64,000 bases of DNA, taken from NCBI GenBank assembly GCA_963796455.1, contig CAWCLO010000002.1:1-64000 (forward strand). Direction: 5' to 3'. Made by a program: the position numbers and the translations under genes. The DNA comes from Candidatus Sulfomarinibacteraceae bacterium (lineage in GTDB: Bacteria > Acidobacteriota > Thermoanaerobaculia > Thermoanaerobaculales > Sulfomarinibacteraceae). Positions 33,933 to 45,473 of the stretch are shown piece after piece. Numbering within the stretch: the first letter of the stretch is position 1; each line of letters starts with the position of its first letter. A model generated the notes under the pieces. That model worked only from the letters and a program-made list of their open reading frames with translations, was not told where the DNA came from and searched no databases.

Positions 33933-34077
33933 TTTTCTCTCCACTATTGCGAGCGATTCTCGAATTATACGTTCTGAAACGGTACATGTCTGAGGCATGT
34001 AAACATTGTACCCTTAGAGCTTATCTAAACCCACGCTGCCAACACAGATCGGCCGGTGGTGGATAAGTCACCTCGAT

Positions 34078-37000
34078 TCAGGCCCCCGAGGTGGAGATTC
34101 TCAGGTCGCCGGCGCGTCGTCTGCGACCTGGGCCCGACCAACCGATCCTGACTGCGGGGTCTCCTGAGAAGGGCGAAAATCGGACCAAGGACGAATCGAC
34201 GTTTTCATCGGCGGCATAGGACTCCAGGGCGGCACGAATCGAGGCGCCGATGGTCTGCGCTCGACGACTGGCGATGGCCGTCATATGGTGAAACCCAAGT
34301 TGACTGGCGTCTTGGTTCATCGAGAAGGCCGCGGGCGCCCAGACTCCGACCGATCCTCCATTGGGGTTGATCAACAGCGTTTCGGACAGGATGTCGTAGT
34401 CGGGAATGTCGAATCGGCCGACCATGCAGGTCAGCGCCGCCAGGAATCGAGACTGTTTGCCGCTGTTCATCCCTGCCGCATCCTCATTGGTCAGTAGGCT
34501 GTCGTTTGACAGGAAGTCGAGCGCACCGTGACCGAGAAAGTGAACCAGGACGGCGCCCTCATCCCAGCGCTCAAGGGTTGTTCCCGGGCCCTGGTGCCCC
34601 CCAGTCGATCGGCGAGGATCCTCTCGCGGAGGTATCCCGGTGGTGTCTTGTCGACCATCACCTGGATGTCGATTGGAAACTCACCGCCCTCGTCGGGTTC
34701 ATCGGCGAGCCACAGGGTCCTGGTTCCCACTCTCCGTCATCGGACTCGAAGGCCGCGACTTTTTCCCGATATGCCTGCAATTCGGCCGGGCCGTGTGCCG
34801 GCAGCCGACCAATCGCTATTTCCGGCACACCGTCTTCTCCGGTCCAATCGGCCAGGAGATTGTCGCTTGGGACCAGACCGTCACCGGTCACCGTCATCGG
34901 CGCGGGGATGACGCTATTGCCGGCGCCCCAGATATTGCGGTAGTCGAGGGTGCCGTCCCCGGCGAGAAATACGTGTTGAGGCGCTTCGGCCCAATTCAGT
35001 GCCGCGTAGTGCAGGAAGTCGCGAATTGCCCACGGGCTCACGACACCGCCAGAAAACTCGTCGTAGAAGGCATCAACGGTGCGACGACCGAGCTTGATCC
35101 CTGCGTCTCGCGGTAATCTGCATAGACCTCTGCCTCAGCTTCGAGACCAGGCCCGGCGATGATGATGAATGAACCGCGGCGAGTCCGGTCGATCAGACCC
35201 GCGGCTGTTCCGGCGACAACCAATTCAGGTTCGATCGTCGCAGCCGATGTGGTGGCCACAAATGGGAAGGACTGCCGGCGGTCGAGAATCCGACCGTGTA
35301 CGACCCGCCATCGGAATAGATACGGACCGGGTCGAGCCCCACCGGGTGCAGCGGATCCGAGAGATCGAAGACCGAGATGTCCGATGACGAAAATCCGGAA
35401 ACGAAGACCTCTGGTTGGCCGTGGCTGGACGCCACGAGGCGGTCATCGAGGGCCCGGTAGGAGCGATCGTATTGAAGCTCGAAAGAGTCAAGGTAGTACT
35501 CGTCAAAGTCGAGGCCATCGATCAGCAGCGCGGTGATTTTGATCGTGTTGTCACCATCTGCGAGCAACGCCTCCGGGATATCGAGCGCGAGGCGGTGCGC
35601 GTCGTGGCCGTTCCACGTCTGGCTGCCACCGAGCAAGATGTTGTTGAGCCGCACCTCGGCCACATGGTTGGGTGAGATCTCGCCGATGAATGATCCCTGG
35701 AGATTGACGATCAGGTGTGAGCTGCTGGTTCCGGTCGCAGCGGGAGCGGCAACCGTGAAGCTCTTGCTGACCGACGGTTCGCCGTCGTAGGGGAAGAAGT
35801 AGTCCCACATCCAGAAGTCCGCTTCGGGATCGCTCATGACAGCTGTCAAGGGCCACTGATCTTCTTCGACGACGAGCGCCCTGAAAACTGCCCTCGGTCG
35901 GCGATGCTTCGGTCCACGCCGCCCGGGTGGCCATCAACTGACCGCTTCCGTGGCGGATCCAATAGACGTTGTCATCGGTGTAGATGCTGTCGATGCCCTC
36001 GCCCCAGAACAGAATCCCGTTGTTGTCGATCAAAGGCTGCCAGGCTATACCCTGTGGCGTGTCGGATCCTTCGGCCGAGGGAAGCCATTTCACCGTGTCA
36101 CCGGTCTCGAAATCGTCAAAAAAGATATCGAGGGCTTTGGGTCCCGCGTCGACGCCGGTCTCGATCACCAGGCTGCTGTCGGCAATCCAACTGGAGACCG
36201 TCGCCATCGGTGCCCAATGCCGTCGCCAAGGCCTGGTTCGAGACGGACACCAGACCGGTTTCCCGGACCTTGACCTTGGCCAGACCCGATGGCGCCGGGC
36301 TCGTTTTGATCTGCGGGGCTGATGGGGTGCGGACCGAACTCCGGTTGGGGCTTCGCGATAAACCGGTAGCCGGGACAAAGGCCGCCTTCTCCGCCGAAGC
36401 GTGCTCGCGAATCGTCAGATCGAAGGGGCCGAAGGTGCTGCCGGTGCCCACACGTCCCACTCGTGGAGGATGTACACGACCCGCTCGCCCACCGTGACCT
36501 CTGGGTCCACCAGGCGGTACGTGCCGCCCTGGAGGTGGTGACGCAGACCTGGGATGAGGTTTTCTGTGACATTTTTGTAGTTCTCATCACTTTCCCTCCA
36601 CCGCCACAGGTCGAAACCGATTGTTCCCACCTCGGCTGCGGTCCGCCATTCGACGATCACCTGAGAGCCGACGGCATAAGCATCGAAGTCCGCGAGGACT
36701 GCAGCGGTGGCTGCCGCCACCAGGACGGTTGCGGTGATGCTGTCCTGGTCGCTGGTCGCCTGGGAGACCGCCGTCAAGGTCACCGGGTCGCGAGAGGAAC
36801 CCTGCAGCAGATCGACCGGCCGCTGGAGTTCGTAGGCGATCTCTGAGTCGGCCGCAACAAACACATCGGGTCGGTTGTCGGTATCCGTGTCAAACCCCGG
36901 GGCAATCGTGTCCCAGATCCCGTCACCCTGCGAATCCTCGGCGATCTGGGTGTCGGGGACGCCGTCGGCATCGGTGTCGATGACCAGGAGCGTCGGGTGG

Positions 37001-40000
37001 TCGAGTCCGTCCTGTCCCCAGAACCACGCCTCCGAGATCGAGAAATCGTATATCGATCGCCGCTGTCCTGGAGGCTCTTCAGCGTTCCAGGATAAACCGC
37101 CACAGCACCCGGATCCGCCGGTTGGGTACCGCCGCCGGAGAGATCGAGTTCGACTGGAGGCGAGATGGTGGTGGTATCGGTGGCGCTGGCGTAGATGTAG
37201 ACAGTGCATTCTTCGGTGACCGGGTCACAGACATTGTTGCGCGACACCGCACCGATGTGGAGCACATCCTCGCTGTCGGGGGCGGCAACGGGGAACATCG
37301 ACCACGGCGAAAAAACGTTGCGAGCGCCATCGGCGAGTTGCAGGGTGTTCGTGATCTCGACATCGATCCCAGGGCATAGACGCCGTCGTCGTTGGCGTCC
37401 CAGTAGAAGGCGAAGTCCCACCCGCTCTCGCTCCAACCGTTGAGATCGAAGGTGTCTGTGACGCCGGTGTTGTTGATGATCGTGTGGCTGTAGACCTCGG
37501 TGCCGCCGGCCGAGGCGACGCCGCTGTTGTCGGAAGAACTGCCATGCCGTCGAGATCACCCTGACCCACTACGAAAGTTTCGTCGGTCGCGATTTCGGAA
37601 ACGGTGGCGGTGTGATCGAAACAGCGGTCAGTGTCGTGCTCTCCTGGGCTCCACCGAGTTCCGGCCGGGACCGTCACCCGAATCTCGTACTCGATCAAAG
37701 CGCCCGGTGCCAGCGAGCCGGTGTTGACGGTGATACCACCGTCCCATGTGCCGTCTGTGAAATCGGTATCGGTGGCGATCGTCGCTCCGGAATCCGGATC
37801 GATCAACTCGACCACCCACCCGGCGGCCGGATTGGCAAAACCGAGTTCGCTGAAAGCCGTGACCTGGTAGGAGTCATTCACCAGACCGGAATTGATGACC
37901 TCATGGGCGTAGGTCACCGTCGACGCTGACACGGCGTCGAATTCGACAAAGCCGGCGTTGTTGTACTCGACCACGACGCCGAGCCGGATCACATCGTCGG
38001 TCACCGACGCATCGAGGGGGCCTTCCTGGTCGGTGGTGATCGTGGCTGTGTTTTGAATCTGGGTGATTGCCGGAGCCAGATCGGGGTCGAGGACGACGTC
38101 GAAGGTGACCACGATCGAACCGGTGGGCACGAGCGTCACGCCGTCGCCGGCGTCCACCAGCGCCGTCGGATCGCCGCCTGTGAAGATCGTGGAGGCGGCG
38201 ATGCCCGAAAAATCGATGCCCTGCACCAAGGCTGAAAATCGGCACCCGACCTGCGACGTTCGAGCCGGAATCAGTCGAGGGGTTAAATAGCGCGCCGAAG
38301 AAATCGGGCGGCGGACAATTGTCCGAGGGTGCCATCGGCCTGGCCGTTGGTCGACCAGCGCCATCCGCTGGTGAAATCCGCTCGCCGGCGGATCGACCGT
38401 GAGATTTGCCGCGTCTCCGTCGGCTTTGAAAAGATGTTCCGCCGCCAGCGAGGGGTGAGTCATGGTCCAGACCTCGAAATCGACGGCGGTGCCCGAATTT
38501 CGGTGCCGACCGCGACCAGGGTCTCATTGACTTTCGAGCGGCTCCGTTGCCGAGAGCCATCGATGACGCCTTCTGCCTGGTTGCCGATGCCGTTTCCGTT
38601 GGCGTGGCCGGTGCCCCACACCCAGGTGTTGTCGCGTACAACGGATGAGATGGCTGCGGTGTTGTATTCGCCGGCGGCGTTGAGCCCGTTGCCGCCGTTG
38701 GTGCCCTGGGACCCGGGTTCGCTGTACCGTCCACTCCGATCCCCATTCGACGACCATCACCGGTGCGGTGGCCGCCGTGAGGTTGACGGCGGCGTTGGAG
38801 CCGTCGCGGGTCCAGTTGATCTGGTCCGAACCCGATCGGAAGAGTCGAGCGTGGCAGACGGGATGATCCCGGTCGGTGGTTTCATCCGAAAAGCACCCGG
38901 CGCCGTTGAAGCCTCCCATCAGAAGAACCTGGTTGATGTCACTCCAGGCTGTCGCGGCGGTGTCGTTGCCGCTCTCGGTGGCACCGCCGTGGACGACATC
39001 CTCGACGTCAGCAACTCGAATCCGGCGGTGGTGCAGTCGGCGATGCACTCGACAACCGTGACCACCCCGACCCAGTCATCGGCGCCATCGCTGCGCTGGA
39101 TGCGAAGAACATCGGAGCCCGACGACGCCCCAAGATCGCCGGTGCCAAAGGGGTCCTGAGTCAGCCGGGCATAGTCCGCTTCGGGGTCGCGGTCACCGTT
39201 GGTGCCGCCGTTGCCCGCCGAGCCCTGAACGATGGCGAAATAGTTGGCAGTGAGATTCTGGTCGAAAGTGAGGTCATAGACCGTGCCGCCAAAGACTCCA
39301 GGCGCGATGTAGTACTCGCTGACCCGGAAGACGGGGTTGTTGACCGTGACCTGGGTCGATCCCGCGACGATCGAGGTGCCGGTGGGGAGGGGATCGTCGA
39401 GCAGCGACGGTGGTCTGGTCGATACCGGTGTAATTGGTGGCTTCGATGGTGTAGGTGATGGCGTCCCCGGGGAAGACCTCGCCGCCGGCGCTCGAGGACT
39501 TGAAGAAGGAGAACGGCAGCGGTGTGTAGCCGACTGGGGCCGTCGCCACCGTGCCGCCCGAGATCGCAACCGCGGGTTGCGGATCGTTCGCGGTGCTGAG
39601 AAGCGCTCCATCGGGGAAATCGACATCGTTTTCGTCGACGTCGGCGGTCGCCGCTCCGGCTTCGACGGTCACCGACCAATCGCCGTTGCTGTCGGTGCTG
39701 ACGATCTGTGGGTTGCCCATTGAAATCGACAACCACGACATCGATGTTGGCGAGTCGGGTTCGCCGGCGTCCTGCGTTCCGTTCCCATCGGTGTCGCTGA
39801 AAACGTGACCGGTGAGGACGGCGTCGCCGACGATCGGGACCTGGACCAGATTGGTGTCGCGCGGCGGTGTCTCATCCGAGGTCACGGTCGCCTGGTTGTT
39901 GACGACCAGGCCCTCCGTGCCTGGGTTGACCGTAAGTAAAACCGGAAGGTGATGTCCTGTCCTGCACCGAGGACCGGGATACTCTAATTCGAGCCGGTCG

Positions 40001-42806
40001 ACAAAGGCCGTTCCTTCGTCGGCGTCGGCGGCATCAGTCACCGGGTTGAAGGTACCGACGTTGAGGCCGCCACTCCATCGATTCGGCAAGATAGATGACG
40101 TTGGCCGGGAAGGGGTCGATGATGAGCAGGTTGTTGGCGTCACCGACGCCCGTGTTGCGGACGAGGATTTCAAAGCTCGCGATTTCGTTTGGATGGAGAA
40201 TCGACGGCCCGGTTTTCAACAACTCGAGCCGGGGGCCGTTGACCACCGTCTCGACCTCGTTGGATGTGATGAGGGGTGTCTGGTTGCTTTCGTAATTCGC
40301 GCTGTTGGTGATCGCCGTGCCCGCCGCCGCCCCGGGGTTGACCAGCACCTGAAAAGTCAGAATCACCGGCCCGCCGACCGCGAGGTTCCCTACATTCCAG
40401 ACCACGGCGTTCTGGCCGGGGTCGTAGGCGCCGGGCCCAGGTCCGGTGGGATTGACGCAGGTACCGAGGGCAGGGTGGTTGCATCGCAAAAGATCGTGTC
40501 CGCAGGAATGACATCGGTGATGGTGGCACGGTTTCGGCGGCCACGCCGTTGTTATTCAGTTGAATGGTGTACGTCAGCACGTCTCCCGGGTCGGGCGGTC
40601 GCGAGGTCGACCGACTTGCCGATGGTGATGTCAGTCTGGGTGATATCGGCGGTGTCGAGCGGAGAAAAGACACTGGATCCATAATTGGCTTGGGCATGGG
40701 CCTCGTTGGTCAGGACCCGAGGGGTTCCGCCCGGAGCTGCGGGGATGTTGACCTGGTAACTGATAGTCAATATTTGGTTGGTATCGATCGAGTCAGGGCT
40801 CAGTGCCCAATCGAGACGGCCTGGCGACAGTGCGGGGTCAGTGGTGTCCTGAGCCAGATTGGGATAGGTGATGAGGGTGGAACCAGGCACATAGGCGGTC
40901 TCCGGGACGCCCAACGGCAACAGATCGAAGACCTGGAGGTTGGTCAGAGGCCCGAAATCGAAGGCCGTTACCGTGATGGTATAGGTGACCACGCCACCGG
41001 CGGTCGGGACGACGGAGGTGTCGACTTCCTTGTCGACCACCAGCACCGGATCGAGGAAGAGTTGGTTGGTCGGGTAGACGGTGAAGCCGGTGTCGAGTGC
41101 GACATCGCCGTAGCCGGTGAGATCGGTGTCCTGCCCCCACGCCACCGCCACCGGTTTGTTGGCGATGATCCGGGTGCCGGTGTTGTCGTAATCATTGGGG
41201 TCGAAGACGCGGAGCGAGGCCAGAGAATTGATCGGTGTAGACGTAGTTCGGCGTCGCCATCGCACAAAGGATCGGCGGCCCCGGGTTGATGAGACCATCT
41301 CCGTTGGTGTCGACCGCGTCGAAATCACCGTCGTTGTCGAGGTCGAGCCGGACCAGCGTGTTGTTCTCGGTCGCGGCCATAAACACTCCGTTGAAGATTG
41401 ATCGGGCTGGTTGACGGTGTCTGAGGTTCCCCGGTGCATGAGAAACGGTATAGTCGAGGGTGAGAAATTTTTAGGCCAGCCAGGAGTGCCCCCAATCATT
41501 GGACGTTGGCTGCCGTAGTCGTAGCCGAGACTCCCCAGAAATTGTGGTCCGAGGTGATCCTCACGGTGGAACCCGAGGCGATGTCGCGGGCCGTCGGTAG
41601 ATCCGCATCGAGGCCATCGAGTTGGGCCGGACATTGACGATTCGGTGGCCCGACGCTGTCGGTGGCCGTGATATTGACCGCCGACAGTGGATCAGGGTTG
41701 AATAGATAGATGTTGAGCGGCCTGTTGGCCCCGCTCGGCGGCGGGGTTGTCGCCGGGAGCCGTGATGACGTAGTCGGTGCTGTGGAGGATGTCAGGCAGC
41801 AGGGCGTAGTGACGGGTCGCCCAGGTTCCCTCGCCACCGGTGAAGATCATGCCCGCGATGGTGGAGGTGGTGGAGACCTTGGTGCCCGCGTTGATGGTGA
41901 GGGCCAGGGTTGGTTCGGCGGTCTCGTCGATGGCGCCCATGGAGCTCCAGTGTTCGCCGCGCGACAGATTGAAGCTGACGCTGCCTGCGCCGGGGCTCTC
42001 GACAGTGATGCCGGTGTCTTCGAAGGCAACCAGTTCGAGTTCGACGTATTGAAAAGGCTCTGTAACGGTGCCGTTGATGAAAAGATCCTCACCGATGGGC
42101 ACCGAGTACGAGCGCGCCGCCTCCACCGCCTGTCGCGGCAGGATCTCCGTGGCCCCGCCGATATACTGGGTCATGGGCCACTGGTTGTGAATCAGCGACA
42201 AAGGACCGCCGGTGGTCTTGACCAGGTCACCGCCGTCGTAACGTATTTCGGTGACTGTGCACGGGTCCGCGGCACACCGGCTGTTGAGCGGGACCGAGCA
42301 TTTGTCGGGCTCTCAGGCAAGGAGGCGCAACCAGCTCCGAGGCCCTGGTCGGAGTTGAAGTTCACATAGTCGCCAACCGCCAGGAGATCGGTTCCGCAGG
42401 CGATATTGGCGTTGTAGGTACAAACATCGCCGTTGCCGGGCACACCGTCACCGAGGACCCGGGTCGTGGCCTGGAGCACACCGATGGTGTCGGGAAAATC
42501 GACGAGACCCGTATCGATCCCGTCCTCCCAGTGGTCGTAGTAGAGAACCTGTCCGGTGGCGGATGCGGTTGCCGTCACGACCGAGTTCATACCCGATTGC
42601 AGGGGGCCCGAGCCCTCGGCGTCGACCACGCGATCCATCATGTCCCACATGTGCTGTTCCCAGCCGAGGACGAAATACTCCTGCACACCGGTCGGAACCG
42701 TCTGGGCGGTTGTGAAACCGGCCAGTGCGATGACGACGCAGAGGGCAGCGAAGACCCTGCGCAGGGATACGGGAAATTCAGAGTCGAGAGTCGGTCTTGC
42801 TTGCAT
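34078..42806 (-). pseudogene. Second giant DUF11/C25-peptidase paralog, broken by many frameshifts (pseudogene or sequencing error)
   Basis: Fragments are collinear with 25183-33826 throughout: VPTGVQEYFVLGWE, RQAVEAARSYSVPIGED, GTRIIANKPVAV, VIVEWRTAAEVGTIGF, DYFFPY, IAIGRLP, HFLGHG, LTCMVGRFD, GDP. Confidence 0.8.
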
Positions 42807-43177
42807 CACCACTTCGCCTTTTTGCTGTCTCGTAGACCCATCGCGGTTGTCCGCCCTTCGCCAACAGAAATCGGTTTCCAGGAAAGGGCAACTCGGCCGA
42901 AAAGAGCTGAAGACATCAACGGTTTGTTTCAGGGTGTTCTTTCGAGAGACACCCTCTCCTCTCCATCATAAACGGCAAATCGACCGAATAGCCCGGAAAC
43001 ACAACTATTTGTGCGAACAATTCGATTGTTTTGACATAGCTTTCACCCGTGGAGTCAGAAATGTCCTGAATCGGAAGATCCCGATTCTTGTCAACCCGAT
43101 CGTCCTCTCCGCGTCTGAACGGCGTGCACCAGAGTGATCACTCAGACAGACAACCAGTTTGGAAAGGAGAGAGTCGA

Positions 43178-43669
43178 ATGAAGAGACTTCTGATCGCTGT
43201 TTTCGTGCTTGCGGCCGTCGTGCCGGCCTTCGCCCAACAGGGCCCCGGAGGACCGCCGCCGCGGGGACAGGAACTATCGGACGGACCGCCACCGATCGCC
43301 GAGGCGGCCCACAATGCAGTCGTAAGGTTTCTCCAACTGAGCGAAGAACAGGTGATGGCGTGGGACGAGATCTACTGGATCCACCGCGACGCGGAACAGC
43401 CACTCAAGGAGGAGATCGCCGCCCTCCAGGCCGAGATCGACGCCCTCTTCGAAGCGGGAGATCCCGACCCGACCGAACTCGGGGTGTTGATGATCGAGCG
43501 CCGAGAGCTTGCTGAGGCCTTGATCGATGTTCACGTGGTCTACCACGAGGCATTTGTGGCGCTGCTTGATGACGAGCAGTTGGGCCGCCTCGGGTTCATT
43601 GCCCGGGCCGACCGGGTCGAGAAGATCATTCCCGCCTTCAAGCTCTTCGAGCTGATTCGTAGGCGTTAG
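43178..43669 (+). CDS. Periplasmic Spy/CpxP/ZraP-like helical protein
   Basis: RBS AAGGAG, signal peptide, GPGGPPP linker, LQLSEEQ and LLDDEQ (LTxxQ-like) motifs. Confidence 0.75.
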   Translation: MKRLLIAVFVLAAVVPAFAQQGPGGPPPRGQELSDGPPPIAEAAHNAVVRFLQLSEEQVMAWDEIYWIHRDAEQPLKEEIAALQAEIDALFEAGDPDPTELGVLMIERRELAEALIDVHVVYHEAFVALLDDEQLGRLGFIARADRVEKIIPAFKLFELIRRR

Positions 43670-43698
43670 TCGACCTCCCGCCCTCCTGGGGTGTCGTC

Positions 43699-43724
43699 AG
43701 CGGGGCTTCGGCCCCGCTTTTTTT
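43699..43724 (+). terminator. Intrinsic terminator
   Basis: AGCGGGGC-ttcg-GCCCCGCT followed by a T-run. Confidence 0.9.
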
Positions 43725-43793
43725 CAAACGAGCGGGTCTGAATTGGGAAACGGAAAATTGGGTTTTGGATTTTCGACCACCCGTCAAATGAGA

Positions 43794-43823
43794 AACCGCA
43801 GATCATCGCAGATGAACGCAGAT
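43794..43823 (+). repeat. Copy of the CGCAGAT-family dispersed repeat
   Basis: AACCGCAGATCATCGCAGATGAACGCAGAT. Confidence 0.8.
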
Positions 43824-44012
43824 AGAGAAACGCAATCGGAATCGGTATCGAAAAGCGAACACGCCGCGTTCCCTTCGATAGTGATGACTCCGTGGGAGCT
43901 GGGAGTTCCCATCCTCGTTTCGCTGCAACGCTTCCGGTACGGTTCTCCCTTTCTCCCCTGCTCCCTTTCTCCCTTTCACCTCATCGGGAACGGAAACGGG
44001 ACGGTCGTTCAA

Positions 44013-44135
44013 GATGTCATCCTGAGCGAAGCGCCTTTGGCGCGAAGTCGAAGGATCTGCGGTTCGCGGATCTTCCGGTCCATCTCATAGATCCTTCGAC
44101 TACGCTCCCGGCGGAGCTCCGCTCAGGATGACATC
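44013..44135. repeat. Structured inverted-repeat element (GTCATCCTGAGCG...CGCTCAGGATGAC type)
   Basis: 16-bp perfect terminal IR (44013-44028 with 44120-44135) and 13-bp internal IR (44046-44058 with 44089-44101). Confidence 0.85.
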
Positions 44136-44398
44136 GGGAGGCGACATTCGCTTGAGTGCGAAATCAGTGGGGTGGCTCTCCTTTTTCGCTTGCCCCCTTC
44201 AGGAACGGCAACGGGCTCGGGCTCGGGACCGAAATAGGCATCGACGTCTCGATCCAGCATCCAGCATCACTCTTGTCCAAGACAGAGTCTCGGATTGCGT
44301 TCAGGGGCAGCGGCAGCGAACAGTCACCAGCGGCAGTGTTCAGTCATCAGCGTCGGCGGTCAGTGGCCGGTACTCATTTCTTCGGGACTCCGCCCTTG

Positions 44399-44449
44399 GT
44401 GGTGCGGCCGTCTCGGCCGCACGTTGGGCAGGCGAGACGCCGACACCAC
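44399..44449. repeat. REP-like doublet (REPIN-like)
   Basis: GTGGTGCGGCCGTCTCGGCCGC followed by an inverted related copy, GCAGGCGAGACGCCGACACCAC. Confidence 0.6.
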
Positions 44450-44624
44450 AACGCCTGTTCCCTCTATTGAACGACCCGGAGGTGGTTCCGCCGTCACTGC
44501 ACCTGATTGCTGCCCCTGATCTCTGCCTCTGATCGCTGATCCCTGTCGCTGCCCCTGGACACTGTCGCTGCCGCTGCTGCTGTCCAGGACAAGAATGATC
44601 TTGCATCGAGGATTGAGTGTCGGA

Positions 44625-45374
44625 TCACGCCGAGGCCTTTGAGCGCACCGAGGCCAGACCCCCATCGATTCCGATGACCTGGCCGGTGACCCAGGTGCTC
44701 TCGTCGGATAAAAGCCACGCGATGATCGACGCGACCTCGTCGGGACGGCCGATTCGGCCCAGGGGGTGCATCGACTCCGAAGCCTTGAGCATCATCGGGT
44801 TTCCGGTGATCCCCGAGGCGAGCGGCGTGTCGACAAGGCCGGGGGCCACGATGTTGACCCGGATTCCTTTGGGGGCGTAGGTCGCTGCCGCCGAACGGCC
44901 GAGTCCGATGACTCCGGCCTTGGCGGCGGCGATGGCCTCGTGGCTGGGGAGACCGACGCAGGCCGCCGCCGTCGCGATAAGCACGATTGAGCCGCCGCTC
45001 TGTCGCATCGTTTTGGCGCCGGCTCGAACCGTAGCAAAGGCCGTGTCGAGGTTTGCCGAGATGGTGTGCCTCCACTCCTCATCCGACGTCTGATGGGCCG
45101 CCTTCAGGATGATCGAGCCGACACAGTTGACGATTCCATCGACCGAGCCCGTGCGATCGGAGATGCCCTTGACAAATGCCTCGACCGCCGAGGTGTCGGT
45201 TGCGTCGATTGATTCGAAGTGAGCCCCGCCAAGCTCGGCTGAAAGTTCCTGGAGGCGTTCGCTCCCGCGGGCGGCGAGAGCGACCTCTGCGCCCGATGCC
45301 TTGAGGCGGCGGCTGAGAGCGGAGCCGATCCCGCCGGTGGCGCCGAGGATGACATAATTCGGTGTGCGTTCCAT
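44625..45374 (-). CDS. Short-chain dehydrogenase/reductase (atypical, photolyase-linked type)
   Basis: GATGGIG; VNCVGS; HEAIAAAK; IRVNIVAPGLVDT; HPLGRIG; VTGQVIGIDGG. Confidence 0.9.
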   Translation of the reverse strand: MERTPNYVILGATGGIGSALSRRLKASGAEVALAARGSERLQELSAELGGAHFESIDATDTSAVEAFVKGISDRTGSVDGIVNCVGSIILKAAHQTSDEEWRHTISANLDTAFATVRAGAKTMRQSGGSIVLIATAAACVGLPSHEAIAAAKAGVIGLGRSAAATYAPKGIRVNIVAPGLVDTPLASGITGNPMMLKASESMHPLGRIGRPDEVASIIAWLLSDESTWVTGQVIGIDGGLASVRSKASA

Positions 45375-45473
45375 TTTGGTCTCCACGAGTTTTTTATTGC
45401 CAGGTGGCGATGGGGCTAAGTAGGCGCCGCCGCCGACATATTCCTTTCAGACACCACCGGAGGACGAATCGAG

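Noticed and set aside
42812..42960. c-di-GMP or other riboswitch in the leader of the upstream giant gene
   Set aside because: Hairpins exist (for example 42931-42955), but I could not match the conserved aptamer motifs. An Rfam scan would be needed.
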